Assembly: GCA_035084275.1 (NCBI GenBank)
Contig: CM068757.1
Coordinates: 5,332,001 to 5,396,000 of the forward strand
Reading direction: 5' to 3'
Length of the DNA stretch: 64,000 nt
DNA from: Hydrolagus colliei
Taxonomy: Eukaryota
This document shows positions 48,342 to 61,125 of the stretch, one piece after another; position 1 is the stretch's first letter, and every line of letters starts with the position of its first letter. Under the pieces are notes generated by a model that saw nothing but the letters and a program-made list of their open reading frames with translations, was not told the DNA's origin and ran no database searches. The position numbers and the translations under genes were made by a program.

Positions 48342-49427
48342 GACGGTCAGGTCAAATTCTGGGCAGGCACCACCATGGACTTCTGAATGTGGTCTCACTT
48401 CATGATGTACCCAAATGAATGACATTTGAGTATCGCCACCAAGGCAAGGAGATCATGCTGTCTTATTCGATAGCTTTCTTTTATTATTTCACAATGCCTG
48501 TGCTGAAATAGCTATGCAAAATAAACATATGTCCACAGGCAGTAAAAATGCAGTCACATCACAAAGCAGTTTCATCTGATTTTTTTTTTAGGTTAGAAAA
48601 TTGACACACACATACTCATTAAAATTTATTTCACTGGGTTGAAAATACACTACAAGCGTTTCAAATAGATCAGATCATGGACATTCCTGTGATATGACAA
48701 ATATCTTCGCTCGCGAGGCTGACTGTAATCCATTCGTCACTTTGTCACCGCTGAGTTATCCGGTCAGCTGCGTTTGGGGCAATATTCATCATGTCACACT
48801 GCTTGCTGTGATATATTCTCTCCTCCGCATGCAACTCTCTTTGTTACGTGCTGCACTTTGATAAATACATTCAAAAAGGACAATAGGGAAGTTACTCCTG
48901 CAATCTTGCCGTCACTCCATTGTGTAATATCGACGCTGAAGACTACACCGCCTGTTTGCCATGGGCCGCAGAAGTTTTTAACTTGATATTTTAGGGGAGT
49001 AGTATTCTAAGAGAGTTTTGAAACAAAAAATAGATGCAATAGTCCCAAGGCTGGGAGCATGTCTCGCACAACAGTCAGCATATTAGAACCTATTATAAAA
49101 CTGGCCATTTCCCACGCCAAGTGAAAGCACTGTTAGAAGGACAGTGCAATCAGATTCAATCTTTGCAAAGTTATCCCTGGACTTCATCTTCTACCCAACC
49201 CAGGTACAGTGCAACTAACTGAAGATTTTGTCAGATTAATTTTTAATGCAAATCCAAGGGATTTCATGGAGCTTTGGAACCGATAACAAACACGGAAAGA
49301 TACAAAACAGCAACGTAAAAAGCTTCTGAGATGCAGCAGCTGCATAAAATATTTATCTAACACTGTTATTTTCATGTGGACCTGAATGTGGGAGTAACAT
49401 TTTTAATGAAGACGTCATTTGAAGAAA

Positions 49428-49595
49428 CAACAACAACAACAAAATTACATTTATAGAGCGATTTCACGTCGAGAAAACGTCCCAAGGCGTTGCACAGTTA
49501 GGTCAGGACCCAAGCGGGGGCTGTGGGGGGTGAAGAATCGGGGTAGGGGTGGGAGGAAGGAGAGTAGGAAAGGGGCGAGAGTTAGGAGGGCAGCA
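49428..49595 (-). mobile_element. L2-like LINE 3' end
   Basis: (aac)n aaaattacatttatagagcgatttcacgtcgagaaaacgtcccaaggcg..., followed by a G-rich region (C-rich 3' UTR on the minus strand). Confidence 0.82.
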
Positions 49596-50589
49596 GAAGG
49601 AATAATTGGTGCAAACGGTACGAAGCACTGCAAATAGTATTGGAGCTAAAGTTTTCCTGGATAGATGCACCGTTATAAATGCGAGGGTGAACCTGAGATT
49701 AGAATGAAATTCTGTGTTAAAAGCCCTGAAATTTAAGTGAGTGTATTGGTGTTTTTAATTTTCCTCCTCCTTCAGCTGTGAGTGTGTAGGTGTCTTTCTA
49801 TTGGGAAGAAATGTTTTCGGTTATTGTGTGGAGATTCAAACATGCAATGCTATGTGGGGGAAAGCTGTCTTGAGACACGATTTGGTCAACATTAGGAATC
49901 ATTTAATATAAATTTACACCTTGGGTGTCTGCAGATCGAATTTTAAACATCTTTTACAGTGAACCATAAACCTACAATATACCTATTTTTGAGGATGAAA
50001 CCTTGGTTCAATGATGAACATTTTTTCTAAATGGCATATAGTAAGGCAGCGCTGCTTTGTGCATTTGGAACTAAATCTGGACATTTCACTTGATTGAAAC
50101 AACCCTGCTTTCACCGCTCTCCACATACATTCCAGGATTGAGCTCACTGAAATGTTACTTCATTAAAATAAATGCAAAAATGAAAAAAAAGGTGCACTGC
50201 CCATTTTCCTGAATAAATTTGAGTTCCGAATACATTTGATTAGTTTTAAATAATTAAACAAAGAAAGTGTGTACAATATGCACAATCAATTAATATTTAT
50301 GAGTTGGGTTTGAATGGCAGCCCAGTGTAAAGCAGCTGCGAGGCTGATCTATGGTAATATGGTTCCATCTCTGGAACACATTGCTCTACCCAATGAACCT
50401 TGTCCTTCACCCCATATACAAAATGACAATCTTGATGAAGTGCCATCAAGACTGATTTCTATAGGAGTATCATTAAGTTGAATTGGGTAGAAATAATAGG
50501 ACTGCTATGTTTTACTTGATGTCTCCTTGTAAAATAACTACTGTGGGCCATACTCAGATTGGAATATATTACACGGAAATAAACAGAAT

Positions 50590-50790
50590 TGAAACAGCAC
50601 AGAAACAGTCCATGCAATCCAATTAGTCCATGCCAGTTTATACTCTACACAAGCCTCCACTCTTTCCCACAAACTCTACACAAGCCTCCACTCTTTCCCA
50701 CAAACCATCTCCTGATCCCCTATATTCCCTTCTCCCTCCTGTATGCGTCATGTTTCCTCTTAAATCCATTGATGAATATTCCCTTAAATG
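50590..50790 (-). mobile_element. CR1-like 3' end containing a 31-bp tandem duplication
   Basis: acagcacagaaacag...gtccatgccagttt..ctctacacaagcctcc; the duplication spans 50642-50703. Confidence 0.6.
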
Positions 50791-51404
50791 TAGACCACTC
50801 CAAGGACATTTAGAAAACATTTGATTTTGACACCAATTAATCTAAAGTGGAGAGAAGTGTAAATTTTAATATTTTAGATTATGGTAATATTATCTTTAAT
50901 GATCTTTAATATACCAATCGCGCAATATCCACTGAGATTTGGCATCAACTATTTTGTGAGTATCTGAGATTAGTCCTTCATGCCCTTTTGCAGGACGACC
51001 TCAAGCTCTGCGACCATGACACTGTTTGAATTTCTCGTACTGATTAATGTGTAAAGAAGTTCATTGATTCTTTTGAACATTAAGAATTTACAGGCGTCGC
51101 CTGGAAACTGCAAGATGTTATGTCTGGAATAAATTAATTCCTCTTACAATACAACAGTGAGTCAGTGATGCTTTATTTAGAAGATGTAACTCGATGATGA
51201 AAAGCAGCAAAGGGACAACACTTTTATCGATATAATTCACCTGCTTGTCCATACCTGGTGTTGGCATGTTTGCAATATTTAAACTTCACCTATGACTTTC
51301 CATATGAACTCACTATTCAATAATAACCAATAGTAAACCATATATTTGAAACAATAACTTTCATGTCAGGAGCTCGTCTGAAAGCACTCAGCGAGAGTTA
51401 CCTT

Positions 51405-51775
51405 AAATAATAATAATAATCATAATCCTTGCATTTGGAATAATGATAATAATGATAATCCTTGCATTTGATGTAGCGCTTTTCATGTCTTCTAGACGGC
51501 TCAAAGCGCTTCACAGAATATACTGTAAAGTGAATTGACTGTATATTTTGTGGCACGCAGCAGCCAATTGTGCACAGCAGTGTCCCACAAACAGCCGTGG
51601 ATTGAAATGACGAATTTTATTATTGTGGTTGTTTTTTGGAGGGATTATTATTAGGTGTGTGGAGCAAGGAACCTTGCCCAAGGTTTCTATAGCACCTTAT
51701 CATGTCCTTGAGACATCTCAAAGCATTCCACAGAATATACTGTAAAGTAGATTGACTGTATATTTTCTGGGTGGA
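51405..51775 (-). mobile_element. Head-truncated young SINE abutting a second SINE tail
   Basis: Tail, core and linker at 51405-51686, then a second tail variant (tatagcaccttatcatgtccttgagacatctc) from 51688. Confidence 0.85.
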
Positions 51776-54700
51776 ATATGACCAAGCCTTCAATTCCTAC
51801 ATCTTGTACTGCTGGAACTCCTCTATAATTTAATTTCCTCTTGTTCCTGAGTTTTGTTTTGTTTAATGTGCTGCAACTGGGTATAGTATTTTGTCGGTGA
51901 ATGCTTACATACTTTCCCAATGTGGGAAAGAATGCTTCAGTTCACCCACATTATCGCTTGGTTTGTTCCAAAAATGTAAGCCCGGCTGGTGAAACTTTAC
52001 AATGAAATAAGCAACAGTTTATAATGTATCAATAAATTGAAAAGATAGGTTTTGTGCGTCAAGCTATATTGTCGGATGCTGTTAATGCAAGTATTTATAC
52101 CAGCAGAGAGGTTTTTCCTGTGTTAAGTGAAGGATATTTGATGCTAACCTGTCCTTATTGTATATAGATTGCATAGTGCCTGATTAGAAGTTGTACTATT
52201 GTATTTCAACGAGGAGGGGAGGGAGAGATGACGGTAAGCAAGGTAGCTTTTTAGGTGGAATTTCAAGTCAGATGGAAAAGGAGGGAAGTGGAGGTTGTTG
52301 CGGAAAATAAACTTGGGTTTGATAACACTGAACTACAAGCTTGCAAACTGCATGCAGCATTTTGACCATTTACCTAATTTGAGATACTTCAGTTTGAATG
52401 GCAAACATATTCGCTGCAAAGTTAATGAATTCAAACTGTGTTGGCTTTAACATGCACAGTCAATTAGAGCTGTCAACTGGCAAGTGAAAGTGTCCCACCA
52501 AAAAAACAATGTTCTTAATTGAATTCAAGCCCTGATCAGGAATCATGTTTCCACCGTTACTAATTAATCTAAAATAAGAACCGGCAGTAAATTGTTTCTT
52601 GTGCTGTGGCTGCATTTCCAGCTCATAATCTAATGCCTATGAGATACGGTTTTGAAACCCAGATAAACCACGTCAGCTGCAATGTAAAAAGTGTCACTTC
52701 AGCCCAGTTTCTCCTCATCATTCTTTTCTTAAAGTGTATTCATTTATATTGAGCTATCCTCGAGTAACATCATTAACAGTGCAGGAGCAATGCTGCGTTG
52801 TCAGAGGCACCATGTATGTACCCGATGAGGATAGGGATCAGAGAGCCTAGTTAATACTGTAATGGATGGATCAAGCTCAGTGTACTTACATGCGTTGACA
52901 AACCTTTCCGACCAGTGAAATCAACGCAAAAAGTCCAGACAAAATATTCACTCACACATGAAATTTTATTGGCGTTATGTGTTTTCTAGATTAAAGGTGA
53001 GATTCTGAGCAGAGGAAAAATCACTGATTTCTCTGTTGAATTAGAGAAACGTTTAATAATCGTTTTGACAGTGGAATCGGTGCTGGTTTGTTGAGGTACA
53101 ATTGCTTCATTCCCAATCTTGCAAAGCGAGCACCATTTGTGACAGTTGACTTATCTGATGTTCTGCATCAAAGCTGTGTCCGATTGTACAGTTGAGCTTA
53201 CAGGTTGAGCATGATTCGGTTGAATGACCCAAGGTGTAAAGGGGCTATACACTATTTTTAGCCTTGTCAATCCATTCCTCTGAGGGACTAACAGGAAATC
53301 TCGATTCAAATCATGGAGCCAGATGTATGATGGTTTGATTAGATTAATCTAGGCCTTGCCCTTGAAAGCTTATATCTGACACCCTTAACTAAATCTACCG
53401 AGATATTAGCATCATCTGGAGAGAATTATTGAAAGCTCATGCGATTTTACACATCTCCTTGGTTAACATTAGTAATATGATGAAGCATCTGTGTTAGCAA
53501 GCCTGCAGCTGTTAACCCATGGCCTGTTAATCAAGGACCTCTACCATGTTATTCAAATGCATTTCCAGTGAACTAAAGGTTAATTGTCAGGCGATGCATA
53601 GTATCCGCTGGGATCTAGCCTGGAGGGAGCTTTGATGTGTTGTGTGGAGGAATCCACATCAGGCGACTCGTCTTCGGAGAAGCTACAACGGTTTGGGGAG
53701 AAGAGGGACTGGACGTCACCTTCAGAATGGGAAACTCAATTAGCAACACAAGGGTGCCAACTGATTCGTGGAATTGGTGATTCAGTCTGCAACAGTTTAC
53801 AAGTCAATGATTCCACGCCTGGTAAGTTGATGACTTTGTTATCAGGGAAAGATGCCAGGCAGATGCCAAACGCTCCCTCTCAGGGAAGAGGGAGCAGACA
53901 GAGGGTGAATGACTTAATGCTCCTTTCAACAAACCCTTGGCAACCCATAGCAGAGCAGCAGATGTTGGGATGTAGGATGTCTGCACATTTCCTCAACTCC
54001 AAACAATGTGCGGTTGAAGTCTGAGAAAGAGCAAAGGAATACAATGATTTATAACAATTCTAGCTCCGCTAGAAAAAATACATAACAATGCCAATGTTTC
54101 AAAGCCCTATCTACAATATACAATATACTATCAGTCTTTATGAAACCATTCGCTTTCCAGTTCAGTCAAGTTTGGTCTTTCAAATATCTTGCAGTGTCTT
54201 GCAGTAATAGTTATCCTTTTATTCCAAAGACAATTGAACCGGGCTGACAGATGGGACCAAAGTATTTGCACATACTTTACATATGGAGCATGATACACAT
54301 GTGTTTAGGCGGAGTTGATACAATAAACATCAGCGCTAATGAGAGAATATTTTCCACTGTTTCAGATAAATAGTGCCTGGTACAAACCTCCTGAGTACGG
54401 TCTGTAACGTGTTTCGCTGCACGCTCTTCTATGCTTCAACACAATGTATCTTGTGGTTTGGCTCCCAAGTACACAAATCATTTGTCAAATACGCAGAAAT
54501 ATTCACCGGCAAGTTTTGCAAATGTGCTCAATCCTATCAAAGCAGCTACAGTGAAGATTTATGCTATGAAATATTAGCTGCTCAGCAATGTATAAAGGAG
54601 GCATTGATTAAGCACTGTAATTATTTATAATGGGAAAAGGAGTGAAATGCATTAAATGATCAATCTAATTATCCAACTTCAAAGGAAAACATTCTTTTGT

Positions 54701-56189
54701 CTAATAGCAAATGATTTTTAAACCTAGTTTTATCGGAACTTAATTAAAATCCTGGGGGTAAGCTGTGTACTTTGGTCAAAAACGACAACAGATTTATAGT
54801 TCCTAATGTGTGGAGGTAAAATGGCCATCAGTTAAAAATAATGAAACTGTAAATGGGGGGGAAACCATCAAATCTATTGCTTTTCCTCATATAAAATTCA
54901 CCACATTCAAATCATATTTCCATTACCACTATAGAAATGCTAGCGTCAACAAACAATGAGACTATACAAATCAGGGCAGCAATTATGATAGTTATTCTAT
55001 CGCTAGATGCAGTACAAACTGAAGGTGAGGGTCTGCTTAGGAATGGGTGGGTCCTCAATCTTGCCTGCATTTGGTGACGTGAATTTGCAGTGAAAGTGAA
55101 AATTGGCTTTCGTGATTTCATTATTATTCACTTGTAAAAAAAAATTATCCTCACATGATTTCCATAGCGCACTGAGGGAACACGGCGGAGGTTGTGAACT
55201 CACCACTCTCCACTCGAAGAATAATGGGCGAAGAAACTGTGCCCTGTCATTCTGACGAGCAACATGTTATATGCACTTAATCCTGAGTCAATGCTAACTA
55301 AACCCAGGAATTAGCGCACTGAAATTGATGTCTGATGAATATGCATAAAAATGACCTTGGGGAAAGAGAAATGAGAGCTCTGCATCCATGTTACACTTTA
55401 AAGCAATCCCCAGCCTAAATCGTAAATGTAGGCCAATGCAGTCTAACTGTTATCATTACTATTTTGCCTTTAGCCCGATTTTCATACACTTAAAATTTAA
55501 GGAACGATTAGCAGCAAAAAGAAATACACCTCCTCATTATAGTGAGGCTGTACCTATCGCTATTAGAAAAGGACCAGGCACCAGTAATTATTGATTAGAT
55601 AGTTAATCTCTAATCTGGTAGAAATATTTATCCAGTCACACTGAACTGCAGGACAATTGAATTGAGTCACCTTCTCTTATACTGTCTCCCTTTTCTCGTT
55701 GATAAACTCAAGGATGTATGAGGTGATGTGTTTCGTATGTTACATAACCATGATTGTGAGATACCAGATTGCTTGAAGCTGTTGCAATATTGATGTGGAT
55801 TTGATTTGTTAAGCAGAGAAGCTGCCCAGCATGTATCTGACCACTGTGAATCCTTATTGAAGCAGGTATGTTCGCATTGAATGTAATTGCCGTTAGTTCA
55901 AGGCCACACCAAGATCTGAAATTTTTGACCAATAGCTAGTCTTCCCTCATGAATAAAATATTTTTTTCCCCAAAAAAACAAGCCCCGATAAAAGGGGAAA
56001 GGCATGTATATTTCGTGTCAACCCACTTTACAGTATATTCTGTGCAGCATTTTGAGACATCTAGAAGATGTGAAAAGCGTTAGATCAAATGATAGGATTA
56101 TTATTATTAAAAAAAAGCAAATCAGCAATCATAATCATTACAATCTGTGCATTTGCTATAGTGCCTTTCACATCGGGAGGATGTCTCAA

Positions 56190-56400
56190 ACAACAACCAT
56201 AACAACAACAACAAAATTACATTTATAGAGCAGAGCGCCTTTCACGTCGAGAGGACGTCCCAAGGGGCTGAACAGTCAGGGGCTGGTGGGAGAGTTGGAG
56301 GGTGGCAGAAGGCATGATCGAAGAGGAGGGCCTTGAGACCGGCCTTGAAGGAGACAAGGGAGGAAGCGAGGCGAAGGGACTGTGAGATGGGGTTCCAAAG
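56190..56400 (-). mobile_element. L2-like LINE 3' end
   Basis: Tail plus cttgagaccggccttgaaggag...ggttccaaag, the reverse complement of the LWN...SFK..LK region. Further SINE/L2 tails lie at ~56005-56190. Confidence 0.8.
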
Positions 56401-57139
56401 TCAAACCTCTTCATAGAATACACTGTAAAGCGTAGTGATTGTGTATTTGTAGCAACAATATTTTGCACATAAATAGCATATTTTCACATAAGGGGATCAT
56501 CTCAAAGTGCTTTACAAAGATGGAATAGGAACCCAAGCTGGGAGGGAAATAATAGCAATAAGGAAGAATGTGACTGAAGGTAGAGTTATAGAGATATTTT
56601 TTAGATGTGTTTAAGTAAGCAGAGAGCGAGTGGTCAGGGCTGTCGCTTGCAATGCATCAGATGAATAAGAACCAGGAGACAAAGAGAATAATGATCTGTG
56701 CAGGGATCTTCAGTGACTGAAGATTCATTTTTGCCAACAAGACTACAGTCAGGAGCCAAGTGCAGCACTGTTGATGTTGGGACTTAAAAAGCTTTTGTTC
56801 GCATTGTTATACAGTATTAGTTTGATCTCTTGGGTTTTCCTGCCATTCCATGCTTCCTGTACAACATTATTTTTCAAACATAGCTATATGTAAAATAAAT
56901 CTATATGAAAATAATTGTTAGTCTAAGTGTTTTCATTGTCTGAAGGATTGTTGAAACATGAGTACTCAAAAATGCGATGAGTCCTTCAGAGCTTTTGATT
57001 GCTAAATAAAAGCAGAAATGTTATTCTAGATTAAATAGCTTAGTGCAGTCTCCAAGGTTTTCTGGAATTCACATCATTTATGTTTCAATTTGTCTAATAC
57101 TTCCTGTTTTCTTAGATATGTTTAATACTAATTCGAATT

Positions 57140-57415
57140 CCCAATGACTGTTTGTGGGACACAGCTGTGCACAATTGCCTGCCACGTTTAGCCCATTGGA
57201 ATCTGACCAAACCTTGGGCAAATTTCCTTACTTCACATGCTTAATAATAATCTCTTGAAAAAACAATAATAAATTGGTCACTTCAATCCACGACTGCTTG
57301 TGGGATGCTGCTGGGCGCAATTAGCTGCCGCGTTTTGCCGACAAACACATTGTGACATCTCACATCTCAAAGGCATGATATCAAATGCAAGGATTATTAT
57401 AATAATAATTTTTAT
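57140..57415 (+). mobile_element. Two adjacent SINE fragments (core only; linker, core and deleted tail)
   Basis: gactgtttgtgggacacagctgtgcacaattg at ~57146, and aaaccttgggcaaatttccttac... from ~57208. Confidence 0.8.
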
Positions 57416-58579
57416 ATTATTACTATTCCATAACATTTTTACCTGCATGAAATTTGGTGGGGGTGGGGTGGAGGGGATATCAACAAGGTGTCAGATAAAT
57501 GTTGAACTCCATCTTTATGCTTAAAACTATCCAAACTGGAGTGAAAATTCTACATATGTCCCTGTATATCTACAGAGCTCCCCAATGCCTAATGGGCAAA
57601 AACATACATGTAAGTCAAGTGAGGACAAGGTACTGTCTTGGCAGTGATGTTTCCCATGCTCAAATTCCCTGCCAACACTCACTGTCAACACGATCTCATT
57701 AATAATAGCCAGATAGTATCTGTGATTTTCCATTATAATAGGGACACACACGCAAAAAATACCTTCATGAAAGTATGAAGGAAGAGGAACAAAGTTAGCA
57801 GAAAAATTATGGTGCAGACCAGTCTGAGAGATAAATGAATTTTAGCAGGAAAAACTCAGCAGATATTGACTTACATATTGTAGTTGAGTGCGTTAATGGT
57901 CACAGGTGTTGGTTGGTAAAGGTACAGTTCTACTGTTCTCCAACTGTTTTTCCAATGCAACAGGATTTATTGTGTTGCAGCTTTAAGGTCAATGTGTATA
58001 TTTTTTCTGAGTGAGACAAGTGACTATTGATCACTGCGTGTTCCCACTTTCATGTTGAGGAACAATGTTGATTGTAGCTGTCAATCATTGTTAGGCAATG
58101 TGATTTGCATGTAAATGAACACCAATTGGCGTTTAGTGCATGCAACTGAGTAAAACTGCTTGCTAATGTTAGGATTGTGTGGAGGTAATTGTCTATTATC
58201 GGAAGATGTCTTTTTAAACTAATCTTCCCTTTCTCAAAAATGTATAGCCAACTATGTACCGGAGGACTCATGTTTAGAAGTGTTACGAATTCCAAAGAAA
58301 CTTGCAAAGAAATTGCAAATCATATTGGAATATTTTTTTTCTGTATCCTTCTCGAGTGCAAAGTATCCCAGCAGATATGTCTGCAAAGACGTTGAGTCAA
58401 CGAACTTAGATCCAAGAGTGGAAAAAACCCATCTACTTTTAGCCTTGACATTGACCGTATGTCCAGATGATTTATGCTGAACAGCAAATATGACTGTAAG
58501 GATGGAGATTCCGCTGTTAACCTCTACGCATGTCCTAGTTCCATTAGATTGCGAATTCTCTTTCTAACTCAGTACCCGC

Positions 58580-58956
58580 CACACTGCCTCAGGGCTCTGT
58601 CCTTGGTACCCTCCTCTTCACTCTCTATATGCTCCCCCTCGGTGACATTATCTGCATGTTCGCCGGTGACACCCAACTCTATCTCTCTGCTGCCACCCTC
58701 AACTCCAGGACTACCCGTGTACTGATAGAAACCTTGTCCATGCGTTGTCCATGCATTCGTCACATTAAGGCTCGACTATGGAAACTCCCTCCTCATCGGC
58801 CTTCTCGGCTATTCCTTTCACAAGCTGCTGATCATCCAGAACTCTGCAGCTCATGTCCTCTCTTGCATTAAGCTCCAAGACCACATCACTCCCACCCTCG
58901 CCTGGCTCCCAGAGGATTGAATTCAAGATCCTCGTCCTCTCTTTTTGATTTTTCAA
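58580..58956 (+). mobile_element. L2-clade LINE reverse-transcriptase fragment with internal deletions
   Basis: [33 protein letters not shown] (a degenerate YADD motif), then [10 protein letters not shown]...IQNSAAHVL...RIEFKILVL. Confidence 0.88.
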
Positions 58957-60051
58957 AGTTTTTCAACATTGTGATGCTTCAAAGTTTTTTTTTCACATGT
59001 AAAGTTTACTTGGAGTGAGCTTCAGCAAAATGAAGCTATAATTACGCTGCAGTAAAATTGAATCGATTTGATTTCAACAGCACTTTATAATCTAAATTAC
59101 TTCCATGAATGTGAATGATACTATGCATTAAAATGAATTTGATGTGAAAACTACACTATATCAACAAAAGCTTCAGAGTATAAAATGATATCAATAAATC
59201 TCAAAGTTTCAATATTGTGCATGTTCTGATGGGCAGATTCTTCTGTACACTTTATTTGAGAGTAAAGGGTAATATGAAGACTGCTGTGTTGTACCTGATT
59301 TCATTGCTGTCCTTGGGCTCTCGGGCCTCTATATAAAAGCTGAGCAGAAGCTGAAATCTGAATTGAACCGCTAACTGACCTACTCCATCTTACCTACAAA
59401 ATATACAGTTATGCACTGTACAAAATATCCTGTGAACCGCTTTGAGAAGTACTCTTGAAGTGAAAGTGCTAACTCAATTGAAACAATTATTATTACTCTA
59501 CAACCTACCAATTTGGATTGGGTACAGATTTAAAGTGGAACACAATTCTGGCATATTTAGATATTTGTGCAGATGCAACAATGCTTTACAAATGTACAAG
59601 ATGAACTCCAGGCTATATGCAGCTGTATGCAACTTTTTATATCTTTAATCCTACTGCTTGAATCATGGATTCATCAGTAAAACTAGTTAGCTGGATATGG
59701 CCACTGAACGTTTAACAAAGGTCAGTGTCTTAGGAGAATGGGAAACTTTGTGTACAAATGCATCTGCAAGGCTGTGAGGTGATGTTTCTGTTATTCTGCC
59801 AGATGGACCGGAGAGATGAAATGGGAAGAGAGGAAAAATTAATAATAATAATCCTTGCACTTGGCAAGATGTCCCAGAGAGCTTCACTGGACATACAGTA
59901 CTGTAAAGTGCAATGACTATGTTTGTTTGTGTGTGGGCGAATAAAACCATAATGGCCGTAATACACTCTCAGCACACCCACGCTTATGATTTTTAAAATA
60001 AAACCAGTGTCGAGACACTCTTTTAAAATGCTATTGTTGACTTTCCATCAT

Positions 60052-60240
60052 ATTTGATCTCTGGTTTGTGCTGAGTTCATCTCTGCGGTGGTGGTGATGG
60101 TGGACGGGGGAGTTGTTCCATATGTATCACTAGAAAGAGGAACGAACATGAGCCAGGATTTCTACTCCTGGTCATTATTCTTTTACCCCTGCTTGTAAAT
60201 GATACATGTGTGGATGGATCTGGGGAGAGGAATGGATTAA
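60052..60240 (+). mobile_element. Second copy of the old repeat at 14110-14385
   Basis: tttgatctctggtttgtgctgagtt...agccaggatttctactcctggtc...acccctgct...tgtgtgga. Confidence 0.45.
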
Positions 60241-61006
60241 AGTTGTTTGCGAGGACTCTTTACAACCATCCACACTCCCATCCCATGCCTCCACCCCTTC
60301 TCACCCCCTCCAACCTCACACCACCATCACTGAATATCAATCCCATCAACAACCATTCTCTGGGGATTGCCCATGGACGATTGCCATTCAGATACAGAGG
60401 CAGATGGCCGGTAAAAGGCTGTGCGTGGGCCCATAAACCAGCAAAAGTTACTACCATGTGGAGAAGAGAAGAAAAATATTGAAATGTGGAGATTAGCATC
60501 TTAAAGGTTAGGGATAGAAAGATCAGCTGTGCTCTTTCACATTCAATTTTTGGTTCAGTAAGTTAGAGGAGGCTTTGATTATTCAACCAGCCGTTTTTAA
60601 GATAATTAGACCTGTGTTGCTATGGAGATTGGAAATCCGGATCAGAATATTTTAACCCATGGCTTGCGCCCCGTTTCTAAATCGAAGGGTTAAATCTTCG
60701 ACTGGCGTGCTTAGGAAATCAAAATAGTCTGAACAGCTTGATGCAGATCTCTTCACGGGTTTTAATCAATGAACATACCATCACAGGTGTCAGGCACATA
60801 ATTTAATACCGCATGAATTGACTCCGCATAAACCTTGGGCAAATCACACTCAAATCCTATCATCCACACTGAACATCATCTCTGTAGGGCTAAAATTATA
60901 AAACAAGCTATAAGTGACTGTGGTAGATCATTTGACTACAAATACACAGTTGCTCTGCTTGACAGCAATTTACCAATGAAGTGTTTTGAAACATTTGCAA
61001 GCACAT

Positions 61007-61125
61007 GGGAAAGATATGGGGAAAGAACAGGGGAGTGGGACTGATTGGGTAGCTCTTCCAAAAAGCTGGCGGAGGCAAGATGGACCAAATGGCTTCCTTC
61101 TGTGCTGTAATCTACGATTTTGTGA
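61007..61125 (+). mobile_element. CR1-like 3' terminus
   Basis: gatatggggaaagaacaggggagtgggactgattgggtagctctt...gatggaccaaatggcttccttctgtgctgtaa. Confidence 0.7.

Noticed and set aside
53751-53946. agggtgccaa...ttggcaaccc as hAT-type MITE termini
   Set aside because: Short imperfect match with no 8-bp target-site duplication; not enough support.
60652-60693. TTAA-CCC...GGG-TTAA resembling a miniature piggyBac element
   Set aside because: Only 34 bp inside with no further terminal complementarity; compatible with chance.
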